Shown piece after piece: positions 47,450 through 56,063 of a stretch of DNA of 64,000 nt. The notes under the pieces were generated by a model that did no database searches, was not told the origin of the DNA, and saw only the letters and a list, made by a program, of their open reading frames with translations. The stretch covers positions 1,248,001-1,312,000 of the forward strand of contig OY970280.1 of the NCBI GenBank assembly GCA_963715865.1, in the 5' to 3' direction. Positions within the stretch are counted from its first letter, which is position 1, and each line of letters opens with the position of its first letter. The translations under genes were made by a program, and so were the position numbers. This DNA is from Candidatus Bathyarchaeota archaeon (GTDB lineage Archaea; Thermoproteota; Bathyarchaeia; Bathyarchaeales; Bathycorpusculaceae).

Positions 47450-48421
47450 ATGGGAAATGTTACAGTTGCCGTTCTCGGCGCTTTAGGTTACGGTAACAGT
47501 CTTGGCAAAAAAGGCACATCCACAGACATAACATTATACAACCTGAAAAAGGGCGAAGACACAGTAACCTTCATTGAACCAACACGGTACCCCGAAAGAT
47601 TAGCCCCATTGTTCTACGCTGTCTCTCTGGCAAAAAAAGCAATAGTTGTCGTGGATGAGATAAACGCTACTTTCGGCGAATGCCTAGTAATGCTCCAATG
47701 CGCAGACATTAAAAGCGGCTACCTAATTCCAAGAAACTACATTTCCAAAGAAAAAATCGAACCTCTCATAAAAGGAACAAGCCTAGAAAAATTTGAATTT
47801 GTAAAAGACGACCCTGCTTTTTTAAGAGACCAACTCTTGGCAGAAGCTTCTCAGCAAAAACCCGCCGAGATTCCAGTTGGGCAACAGCCGTGTGGAACAG
47901 TACCAGTGGATCACGCATTTAACGTTAAAGGCGTAGGCACTGTAATACTAGGCATAGCTGTTAACGGCATCGTACAGAAACATGCAACACTCAACGTTCT
48001 TTCAGCAGCAAAAACGGCACAAGTACGCTCAATCCAAAAGCACGATGACGAATTTGATGTTGCAAGCGAAGGCGACCGTGTTGGGCTTGCGTTAAAAAAC
48101 GTTGAAGTAGAAGACTTAGACCGCGGAACGGTTTTAACAAATGACCCCTCAATTAAGACTTCATCCACGTTGAAAACGCATGCTTCTTTGGTTAAGTATT
48201 GGCAGGCGCCGATAAAGCCGGGAATGGTCATGCATATTGGTCACTGGACACAATTTATCACAGCTAAAGTGGACGCCGTTGCAGATGCGGGTGATTGGAG
48301 AAAACCAGTCTTGACGTTAACGCTGGACAAACCGCTTGTCTATCGCCCAAACGATAAAGCAGTGTTGATGTATTTAGAGGGGGCTAAACTTCGCGTTGCT
48401 GGAACGGGTGAGCTATTGTAA
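47450..48421 (+). CDS. EF-Tu/SelB-like protein with degenerate G domain
   Basis: VPVDHAFNVKGVGTVILG, RSIQ..D, GDRVGLAL; no intact GxxxxGK[ST]. Confidence 0.8.
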   Translation: MGNVTVAVLGALGYGNSLGKKGTSTDITLYNLKKGEDTVTFIEPTRYPERLAPLFYAVSLAKKAIVVVDEINATFGECLVMLQCADIKSGYLIPRNYISKEKIEPLIKGTSLEKFEFVKDDPAFLRDQLLAEASQQKPAEIPVGQQPCGTVPVDHAFNVKGVGTVILGIAVNGIVQKHATLNVLSAAKTAQVRSIQKHDDEFDVASEGDRVGLALKNVEVEDLDRGTVLTNDPSIKTSSTLKTHASLVKYWQAPIKPGMVMHIGHWTQFITAKVDAVADAGDWRKPVLTLTLDKPLVYRPNDKAVLMYLEGAKLRVAGTGELL

Positions 48422-48846
48422 CTAAGCCAATCGCCTGAAAAAAGGTTTTAATTTATAGATGTAATTTTTAGATAAATATATCTAAACTGCAAGTTTTGCA
48501 GAAATTTTAGATGAATAATTTAAATTGTATATGTTAAAAAAGCGCTAAACCGCCTTAATCTGCAAAATAAAATTCGGAAGCCAAAAACAAGAGTGGAAAA
48601 AGGTTGACCGCGGTTCTTGAAGGAAAGTTGAATTTTTTATAATTTTCGCTGTTTTATACGGATTAATCTTCATTAATTATATTGACATTCTTACTTCAGG
48701 TTACGGTTTCCATTTATGGTTAACTGCCATGTATTTTTTACCGTTCATTGGCTTCGCAATATTTAATTTTAAAAATTGGAAACTTACTATTGGATTTAAG
48801 AAAAAATCATATATCACAAAGCAATCCATCAACCAAGAGTGAACTG

Positions 48847-49980
48847 ATGTACAGAACTGGCGTCGCAAACCTGCCACTTCACGGTGGAAAAGCACCTTCA
48901 TGGCTTACCGAACGCATGCGTAAGTTAGCCAAGGAAATAGCGAACATAATGATTGAGGAGCAAGGCACAGCCACATTTATCCAACGCTTATCTGACCCGT
49001 ACTGGTTTCAAGCCTTCGGCTGCGTCTTAGCCTACGACTGGCACAGTTCAGGAGTAACCACAGTAGTCACAGGCATCCTTAAAGGCGCACTATCGCCTGA
49101 AGAGCACGGCATCGCTGTTTGCGGAGGAAAAGGCAGAACCTCAAAGAAAACGCCCAGTGACATCGCTTTGGTTGGCGAGAAGTTTGGTTTTTCAGAACAA
49201 ACCATCAAAACACTCACTTACAACAGCAAAATGGCTGCGAAAGTAGACAACACTGCCATCCAAGCAGGCTATCAACTCTATCACCACGCCTTCCTGGTGA
49301 CTAAAGATGAAAAGTGGGCTGTAATCCAGCAGGGCATGAGCGAGGAAGACCGAACTGCAAGACGTTACCATTGGCTGTCAGATAACGTAACAAACTTTGT
49401 AGTTGAACCACACAATGCCATAGTCGGCAACGCAAAACGCGAAAAAGCCCTCAACATGGTGGCAAAAGTCAGCGAAGGCGCCAGAAAAGCATCCGTTGAC
49501 CTGGCAAAAGAACCCACGCGCAAACTCATGAACCTAATCCAGTCCACAGCAAAACCGCTCAACCAGAAATCACTGCAAGATTGGCTTCCAAAAACCGCTG
49601 ATCCATGGCAGCAAACCCTAAACACACTCAACATGCCCCGCAACATAAGTTGGGATACGCTGAGCCGAGTCTACGAGTTCCAACCGCAAAACTATGAGGA
49701 ACTCTTAAGCGTGAAAGGTGTTGGACCAGCCACTGTCCGCGGTTTAGCTCTTGTAGCTGAGTTGGTTTATGGTGAGAAGCCAAGTTGGAAAGACCCAGTG
49801 AAATTCAGTTTTGCATACGGCGGCAAAGACGGCGTTCCTTTTCCAGTTGACCGCAAAGCAATGGACGAGTCAATCCAAATCCTCAAGCAGTCAGTGGAAG
49901 CAGCCAAAATCGGCGATAAAGAGAAACTGCGTTCGCTGCAGAGGCTAAGGCGGTTTGTTCCTGAGGGCGCAAATTCTTAA
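48847..49980 (+). CDS. DUF763-family protein
   Basis: LPLHGGKAPSW, SDPYWFQAFGCVLAYDWHSSG, FAYGGKDGVP; likely start ATG 48847. Confidence 0.9.
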   Translation: MYRTGVANLPLHGGKAPSWLTERMRKLAKEIANIMIEEQGTATFIQRLSDPYWFQAFGCVLAYDWHSSGVTTVVTGILKGALSPEEHGIAVCGGKGRTSKKTPSDIALVGEKFGFSEQTIKTLTYNSKMAAKVDNTAIQAGYQLYHHAFLVTKDEKWAVIQQGMSEEDRTARRYHWLSDNVTNFVVEPHNAIVGNAKREKALNMVAKVSEGARKASVDLAKEPTRKLMNLIQSTAKPLNQKSLQDWLPKTADPWQQTLNTLNMPRNISWDTLSRVYEFQPQNYEELLSVKGVGPATVRGLALVAELVYGEKPSWKDPVKFSFAYGGKDGVPFPVDRKAMDESIQILKQSVEAAKIGDKEKLRSLQRLRRFVPEGANS

Positions 49981-50020
49981 AACAAGCTACAGCCATTAAG
50001 ATTGTTGAGGAATCAAGGGT

Positions 50021-50620
50021 TTGCCTGAATCTAAAAACATTGGAAAACAAAGAATCGGAGCAGCCACTGGAATATTAGCACCCATACTTGCGTTCACATG
50101 TATTCTGGCAGCCATCGCGTCTTACCCCCAGTTCAGCTGGACAAACAATGCCTTAAGCGATTTAGGCATCATTCCAGGCATAACTGGGTCACTCTTCAAT
50201 TTCGGACTCTACGCCAGCGGGCTTTTAGCATTCAACTTTGCATTATTCGGTTTGTTTACCTACTTTGGAAAAAGCTGGGTTGGCAAAATTGGCGTAGCAG
50301 TTTTTGCAGCAGCAACGCTAGCGCTCATCGCTATTGGCGTTTTTAACGAGAGCTATTCTGGAACGCACGATGCCGTTTCCGTAGCGTTCTTCGTGCTTAT
50401 GCCCATATCAATGTTCGTCATTACCTGCGCGTTTTGGCTCGCTCATCAGGGGCGAATGGCTATTTTCACGGTTTTAATTGGGATTGCTGCAGCACTGCCG
50501 TGGTTACTGTTGTTTGCGTTTAACTATGTTCCAAATGTGGCTATTCCAGAATTCGTATCAGGGCTTGCGGTTTCAGTATGGACCATTGTGCTTGGCTACA
50601 AAATGATAAAACCAAGCTAA
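50021..50620 (+). CDS. DUF998-family membrane protein
   Basis: FSWTNNALSDLG, IGVF, H...S..FF, A.PE. Confidence 0.85.
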   Translation: MPESKNIGKQRIGAATGILAPILAFTCILAAIASYPQFSWTNNALSDLGIIPGITGSLFNFGLYASGLLAFNFALFGLFTYFGKSWVGKIGVAVFAAATLALIAIGVFNESYSGTHDAVSVAFFVLMPISMFVITCAFWLAHQGRMAIFTVLIGIAAALPWLLLFAFNYVPNVAIPEFVSGLAVSVWTIVLGYKMIKPS

Positions 50621-50626
50621 AATTGA

Positions 50627-51628
50627 TTACATCTTAAATTCCTTAGCCGTATCCATGTACATTTGCGCGCAACAATAAGAAGAAAACGAAGCCTTGTAAC
50701 CCTTCCCTTGCACATATTTGACGGCTTCTTCGCTTGGGAAAGCAACTGCGTCCACTCCAGCCTTTAACGCTAAAACATCTATCAGGCTACGGGATGCGCC
50801 TTTTGGACGCATGCACCCTAAAATCAATGGGATTTCAGGAAACATCAATCGTGCCACCGATGTGACTTTAGCTATGTCGACTGGTTTGGGCGGCGGTACT
50901 TTTGCCATGGCTGTTCCATGTATAGGCATGAACGCTATTATTACTAAGGCAGAAGGCTTAACTTTCCTTATCATTCTGAGCGCTTCTAGTTCGCCATCTA
51001 ATTTGCCCTCGTTTAATCCAACGATAACATGAGGCACAAAATTTAATTCTGCATTATGCAGAGCCATGAGCGAATCCACATAATCCTGAACGGTAACTTT
51101 AAGGTTGTAAATTTTCCCCAACGTTTCTTCTGAGCCAATTACATCAATTAACGCTGCATCAACCATAGCATCCTTAAGCGAAACGGCGGTTTCAAGATTT
51201 ATTATGCCTGTGTGCACAAAAACGGTTAAGCCAAGTTCGCGCTTGATTCCCCTAAGCGCAGGCACGAACTTGTTAAGAGGCACGGAACCATCAGGCAAGC
51301 ATCCGCCGCTGACAAGGCAACCTTGAGCACCCTCCTGTTTCAGCTTCAAGCATAACTCAAACAGTTCCTTGGGCGATAGCGCTGGATGCATGGTTTCAAG
51401 CACTTTGCCCCCGCAATGTTTGCAATTCAACGCGCAAGATGTACCAGTAACGGAAATAGTTGGAAAATTGGTTGGGGAGGAACAGTAATATTTTGTTTTG
51501 TAGTAGGTGAAGCTTGGGGCGTAAAAGCGGATTTCTTTTGGCTTCGGCGTAAAGAAGCCTGATTCCAGTAAGCTTAAGAGTTCTTTTTCGTTTAAGTTCC
51601 AAATTGTTTTGGGAGAGAGCTGAGGCAT
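50627..51628 (-). CDS. Radical SAM protein, LipS1-type lipoyl synthase component candidate
   Basis: ISVTG..CALNCKHC; GCMR; C-terminal CC. Confidence 0.7.
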   Translation of the reverse strand: MPQLSPKTIWNLNEKELLSLLESGFFTPKPKEIRFYAPSFTYYKTKYYCSSPTNFPTISVTGTSCALNCKHCGGKVLETMHPALSPKELFELCLKLKQEGAQGCLVSGGCLPDGSVPLNKFVPALRGIKRELGLTVFVHTGIINLETAVSLKDAMVDAALIDVIGSEETLGKIYNLKVTVQDYVDSLMALHNAELNFVPHVIVGLNEGKLDGELEALRMIRKVKPSALVIIAFMPIHGTAMAKVPPPKPVDIAKVTSVARLMFPEIPLILGCMRPKGASRSLIDVLALKAGVDAVAFPSEEAVKYVQGKGYKASFSSYCCAQMYMDTAKEFKM

Positions 51629-51742
51629 AGTTTTCTATCTGAAGAATTCTTTGCCTTGCTTAATAGGTTGCCTAGTAAACCTTGAACCTCTCGAGTAAGA
51701 AGCGCAAAAACGAAGGCTAACAATGGTGGGCACACACACAAA

Positions 51743-51820
51743 ACTGTCTTAGCTCAATTTCTGCTGCCCGCACCAAGGGTATGCACACAAGGCTTGGTTC
51801 AAATCCTGTCGGCAGCACCA
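51743..51820 (+). pseudogene. Degenerate tRNA-like sequence
   Basis: TAGCTCAATT and GGTTCAAATCC...GGCAGCACCA at tRNA spacing (78 nt), but stems are broken. Confidence 0.35.
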
Positions 51821-51871
51821 GCGTATATACACACGATAAAACAGAAATTGTTATCAACCGCTTGCAAAAAG

Positions 51872-52258
51872 TTACGGCTGGAATTCGTAGTGCTCGGTTC
51901 CGCCCTGCCACGAAATCGTTATCGTAGCGTTCGCGCTGATGTCGGATGGTGTCCATATGTATTCGTCCGTCCAGCCTTTGGTTACTTCGGGCACCGTTTT
52001 AAATGGCATGTCTCCGTTGTTCAGATAGAGATTTACGTTCTGCAGAGCGCTTGTACCGTTGTAGGCGAACGTGAAGTTCCAGCTTACAACTTCGTAGCCG
52101 CCGCCTACTGATTCCGTGTTTTGCTGTTTTCCCGTGACGGTGAACAGCGGTGATGGGGGCACGCTCAAGAACATTATCACCAAAACTGCCGCGACTACCA
52201 CAACTATCACGGTTACGACTCCGCCTATTACGAGTTTTCTGTTCATTATCTCGCCCAT
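51872..52258 (-). CDS. Membrane-anchored hypothetical protein
   Basis: N-terminal TM followed by beta-rich domain. Confidence 0.65.
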   Translation of the reverse strand: MGEIMNRKLVIGGVVTVIVVVVAAVLVIMFLSVPPSPLFTVTGKQQNTESVGGGYEVVSWNFTFAYNGTSALQNVNLYLNNGDMPFKTVPEVTKGWTDEYIWTPSDISANATITISWQGGTEHYEFQP

Positions 52259-52327
52259 TCCCTCTTAAACAATATTCTGTTTACATGTATTTTGGACTCT
52301 ACCGTTTCAGGTTTTATGACTTGACAC

Positions 52328-52405
52328 TGGTGGGCCGAGCCGGATTTGAACCGGCGACCTTTCGATTATCAGTCGAACGCTCCAGCCGTGCTGAGCTACC
52401 GGCCC
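52328..52405 (-). tRNA. tRNA-Ile(GAU)
   Basis: 78-nt cloverleaf; UUCGA-CUGAUAA-UCGAA; encoded CCA. Confidence 0.96.
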
Positions 52406-52499
52406 ACTTTAGGGGCGACACAAGTTTAATATTATGTTGGTTTATAAGAATTTTCATAAATCTTTTAATGCCGCTCCATTATTGTGTTGTCAAAGGGTT

Positions 52500-52575
52500 G
52501 GGCTCGTAGCCTAGCACGGATTAAGGTGTCGGCCTTCGGAGCCGGAGATCGTGGGTTCAAATCCCACCGGGCCCG
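52500..52575 (+). tRNA. tRNA-Arg(UCG)
   Basis: GGGCUCG/CGGGCCC acceptor; UCGGC-CUUCGGA-GCCGG; CCA not encoded. Confidence 0.94.
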
Positions 52576-52898
52576 CTTATTTTCTTCAATGGCTAAGAAG
52601 CGCTATCGAGGTTTTTTGAATCCGACTTTTTGCCTGATGCCACGATGCCATACCTAAACGGGTACAGAGTGGGGGTTTTGATCGCCTTAAAATTTAAATC
52701 AAGCAAGCAAGCACTAACTTAGTAGGTGAGAGATGCCTGCTCAACGATTGGAACATTTTCCCCTCTCTTCCTGAATCAGGGGTTTTATTTTCCAGTCGCC
52801 GAGTAGGCAACTCACCTAATTTTTTCTTTTAAAAGTTCAAATATATTTAGAGTTTTCTTATGTGAACGACGTTTTTCAAGTGTCGTTCCGACACTATT

Positions 52899-52925
52899 TG
52901 GGTTCAAATCCCACTGGACCCGCTT
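52899..52925 (+). repeat. Direct repeat of the tRNA-Arg 3' end (att-like)
   Basis: 25 of 27 nt match 52552-52578. Confidence 0.8.
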
Positions 52926-53025
52926 TCTGACTTTTGCCTTCTTGTAAATTGAGTCTTTTTGGTTTAAGCAAATCTTAAATCTGTCCGCATAACCCTAAGA
53001 AGAATACAATGAAGGGAGAGATAGT

Positions 53026-53976
53026 ATGGTGGACGCAATCCAAATCATAGCAATAGTGATACCCTTAGTTGTAATCATATACGCAATCATTTCGTCACTC
53101 CGCATCGTTAGACCAACAGAAAAAGGCTTAGTGGAGCGGGTTGGCAAATACCACAGGTTCGTTCAAGGAGGCATAACATTTCTTGTGCCCTTCGTGGACC
53201 GTATAATAAAAGTCAACATCACCGAACGCATGACGCCCGTGCAGCGCCAAGATGTAATAACCAAAGACAAAGTCTTCATGGGCGTAGACGCCGTAGTATT
53301 CTACAAAATTAAACTCGACGAAACCTCGGTGAAAGCTTCACAGTACAATGTGGCAAGCTTCGCAGACCAAATAGACACTCTTGCCCGAACAGTACTCAGG
53401 GACATCATAGGCGGCATGGACATGGCCATAGCCAACACTTCCAGACCTGTAATCAACGTCAGCCTCAAAACAGCCTTAGATGAGCAGACGGAGAAGTGGG
53501 GCATTGAAATCGTACGAGCAGAAATCAAAGATTTGGAGCCGCCGAAGGAACTCATTATATCTATGGAGTCTGTCCTCAAAGCAGATAACGACAGGCAGGC
53601 AGCTGAGAAAACGGCGATTGCTCAAGCTACCTTGGCGAGCGGACAGAAAAACGCTGCGATTCAAGTTGCAGAAGGACAGAAGCAAGCCGCCATCCTCCAA
53701 TCAGAAGGTCAGAAAACCGCCACCATCGCCATAGCTGAAGGGGACGCCCAAGCAACCAAGCTGAGGAACGAGGCTTTGACCACGTACTTCAAGGACAGCG
53801 CCGTTGTCTTCAAGCAGCTGGAAACGATTGCAACAGCTTTGCAGAACAACACCAAGATAATTGTCCCCGAAGGCAAAGCGATTTCACTAATCCTAAATGA
53901 GCAAGAAAACCTTTCAAAAGCAACTATCATCCCAGTAACACAGCCACAGCAACAGAAAAACAGCAAACAGATGTAG
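53026..53976 (+). CDS. SPFH/band-7 (stomatin-like) protein
   Basis: N-terminal TM, VERVGKY, QDVITKD, WGIEIVRAEIKD, AEG repeats. Confidence 0.92.
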   Translation: MVDAIQIIAIVIPLVVIIYAIISSLRIVRPTEKGLVERVGKYHRFVQGGITFLVPFVDRIIKVNITERMTPVQRQDVITKDKVFMGVDAVVFYKIKLDETSVKASQYNVASFADQIDTLARTVLRDIIGGMDMAIANTSRPVINVSLKTALDEQTEKWGIEIVRAEIKDLEPPKELIISMESVLKADNDRQAAEKTAIAQATLASGQKNAAIQVAEGQKQAAILQSEGQKTATIAIAEGDAQATKLRNEALTTYFKDSAVVFKQLETIATALQNNTKIIVPEGKAISLILNEQENLSKATIIPVTQPQQQKNSKQM

Positions 53977-54090
53977 AAGATGCGTTAAGTAGGCTCTGAC
54001 GTAGGGACTCACACCAGTTTTGAGGCTAAGAGCTGATTAAAAAATAAAAAAATAGCTAATTTCTAAAAAAATGATTTCTATCGCTTGGTT

Positions 54091-54216
54091 TTATAGTCCA
54101 TCTACTAAATGGGCTGTTCCGTCTGGGCAGTAGACACAATTGCCTTTTTCAACGACGAAGTAGCGTCTACTGCACGGTTTCATTTGGGAGCATCCGTCGC
54201 AGTCTCTTGATAACAT
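54091..54216 (-). CDS. 41-aa CDGC...CPDGTAH microprotein, copy 2 (not in ORF track)
   Basis: MLSRDCDGCSQMKPCSRRYFVVEKGNCVYCPDGTAHLVDGL; GGAGG 7 nt before ATG. Confidence 0.8.
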   Translation of the reverse strand: MLSRDCDGCSQMKPCSRRYFVVEKGNCVYCPDGTAHLVDGL

Positions 54217-54248
54217 TTCTTTTCCTCCTATTGTTATTGTGATTTTTT

Positions 54249-54315
54249 GAGGGGCAAGCGAACGCATGTTTGCCGAACTGGCACCCTACCGGTTCGCACA
54301 TGAGCCTTTTGCCTC
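54249..54315 (-). promoter_or_regulatory. Candidate structured 5' leader of the microprotein
   Basis: Nested stems GGCAA/TTGCC, GCGAAC/GTTCGC, TGCC/GGCA between TTTAAAA (54353-54347) and the SD. Confidence 0.4.
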
Positions 54316-54442
54316 TGATAAAGCCACACAGAGATGGAAAAGTCTCTTTTAAACGTTATCCCTATTTTAGCATTAATCATAAAATTTAATGTGAAAATAA
54401 GAGTGCGATTTGTAAAAGGTTTGGGTTAGGCAATTTATAGAA

Positions 54443-54964
54443 TCAGAAGGTTTCTTTATGCACTATTTCGCTTAGAGGTCTTCTGCTTCTTGCTACTGGT
54501 GCCTCGTTTGGGTATCCTATTGGAATCAAAGCTACTGGCCGCATTTCTTTAGGAGCCTTAATGACTTTTCTAACCTCATCCTCGTTGAATGCTCCAACCC
54601 AGCATGAACCTAAACCAAGCGAGTAAGCGGTTAACAAGATGTTTTGAACTGCCGCTGCAGTATCTTGAAGGCAATACAATGTTTTACCACGTACATCATA
54701 GCTTTCTGCGGCACGTTTTTCGTCAGCGCAAACCACAATGACGACTGATGCTTCTTCCAGGTCTTTTTGGCTGAACGCTGCCTTGGAAAGTTCCTGCTTA
54801 GTTTTTTGAGTGGTTGCAACTACGAATTCCCATGGTTGAACGTTTCCAGCCGACGGTGCCCACCTTGCGGCTTCAAGAAGTTTTTCAATGGCACCTTGTG
54901 GTAAATCTTGTTTTTTGTAGGCTCTTATGCTTCTTCTTTTCTTAATTACTTCTAAGAGGTCCAT
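54443..54964 (-). CDS. Nitroreductase family protein
   Basis: RRSIRAY, APSAGNVQPWEF, GLGSCWVGAF, IPIGYP. Confidence 0.93.
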   Translation of the reverse strand: MDLLEVIKKRRSIRAYKKQDLPQGAIEKLLEAARWAPSAGNVQPWEFVVATTQKTKQELSKAAFSQKDLEEASVVIVVCADEKRAAESYDVRGKTLYCLQDTAAAVQNILLTAYSLGLGSCWVGAFNEDEVRKVIKAPKEMRPVALIPIGYPNEAPVARSRRPLSEIVHKETF

Positions 54965-55074
54965 ACTCCAATGACTCCGCTAGGAATCATTTGTTTGAGG
55001 CATAATAACCGTTTCTTTCAGGTAGCATGCGGTTTTTAGCGTAAGAGTCTTAAGTTTTGTTGTCGATTAATGTT

Positions 55075-55141
55075 TTGGATGATGAGCACTAGAGTCACAG
55101 AGCCAAGCGCAGTGATAATGACTCGACGGGCGAACTGACAC
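55075..55141 (+). ncRNA. Box C/D sRNA; D guide predicted to target 16S C1402 (E. coli numbering)
   Basis: ATGATGA 55079-85, CAGA 55098-101, GTGATAA 55112-18, CTGA 55135-38; guide GACGGGCG is complementary to conserved CGCCCGUC; ends approximate. Confidence 0.75.
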
Positions 55142-55233
55142 GTTCAAGCGGAAAACTTATCAATAGAGCAGTTATGAAAAACTAAGCTAAATGTAAGTTA
55201 ATAGGCGCGACAGGAATCGAGGTGAACATAAAA

Positions 55234-55515
55234 ATGGTTGAAATGAAAGTCGATGCTTCAGAGCTTAAAGGTGATGAAACTAAATTAATCGAGAAACTAG
55301 CGGATTTCCTTAAGGAAAAAACAGGCGGAGAAGTAGTCACAGAAGCAAAAACTGTAACGGTGAAAGGCGAAGGCGAAGCGCTAAGCAAGAAATACGTGCG
55401 TGTGACACTGAAAAAGTTCCTGCATAAGCATGAGCTCTCAGAGTCTTTCAGAGTTATAAGCAACGAAGAGAACACGCTTAAAATTAAAGAGAGAAAGCTC
55501 AACGAAGAAGATTAA
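55234..55515 (+). CDS. rpl22e: Ribosomal protein eL22 homologue
   Basis: LADFLKEK..., SKKYVRVTLKKFLHKHEL...FRVIS resembles the eukaryotic eL22 core; GAGGTGA before ATG 55234. Confidence 0.8.
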   Translation: MVEMKVDASELKGDETKLIEKLADFLKEKTGGEVVTEAKTVTVKGEGEALSKKYVRVTLKKFLHKHELSESFRVISNEENTLKIKERKLNEED

Positions 55516-55664
55516 CAGCTTTTTCATCCTTAAACAGTCAATTTTTACTCTTTTCTAATTTAAAACAGCGATAGCTTAAGCTGTCCATTCCCTGAACAGC
55601 CTGTTCCAAAGCTTAGCATTAAATCAAAAAACCGCTAACTTTAACATAAACACGCATAAACAGG

Positions 55665-55856
55665 TTGAGGCTTAAGTTGAACAACAAAAACGTCGCCATA
55701 GGCACAGTGATAATCTTAGTTTCAGTCATAACTTTCATAGCCTTCTTTACCGAAACTTACACGACACTCCTAAGCATCAACCCAGCAGCCGCCATGGTAG
55801 CCATAACCGTAGCCGTAATAGGCATAGTATGGTTCAAAAAAACAACCAAATCTTAG
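55665..55856 (+). CDS. Small two-TM protein
   Basis: 63-aa hydrophobic ORF. Confidence 0.5.
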   Translation: MRLKLNNKNVAIGTVIILVSVITFIAFFTETYTTLLSINPAAAMVAITVAVIGIVWFKKTTKS

Positions 55857-55960
55857 GGATTAGGGGACATAGCAGCAACCATGCCTGCACCAAGCCTGAA
55901 CGCTTCAAAAACGACTGACGGTTTCTTTACCTAATTTGTCCTGCACCCTCTGCATGGCTC
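55857..55960 (-). pseudogene. mvhD-like gene fragment
   Basis: Encodes KPSVVFEAFRLGAGMV; 28 of 31 nt match 58107-58137; in-frame stop upstream; boundaries approximate. Confidence 0.55.
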
Positions 55961-56063
55961 CACATCCATCTTGAGCAGAGCTGATTTTTTTCAGTTTTCC
56001 ATTCAGTTAACATGAAGAAATAAAAGAAACTTTCCAAGTAAGTTAAGACTGAGTGGGAACAAT

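Noticed and set aside
47450-48421. Functional SelB / selenocysteine system
   Set aside because: P-loop is degenerate; HdrA and MvhD use Cys codons at all recognisable positions.
48422-48846. AT-rich gap with two TGGAAA words as a replication origin
   Set aside because: No full ORB consensus or G-string and no cdc6/orc1 nearby.
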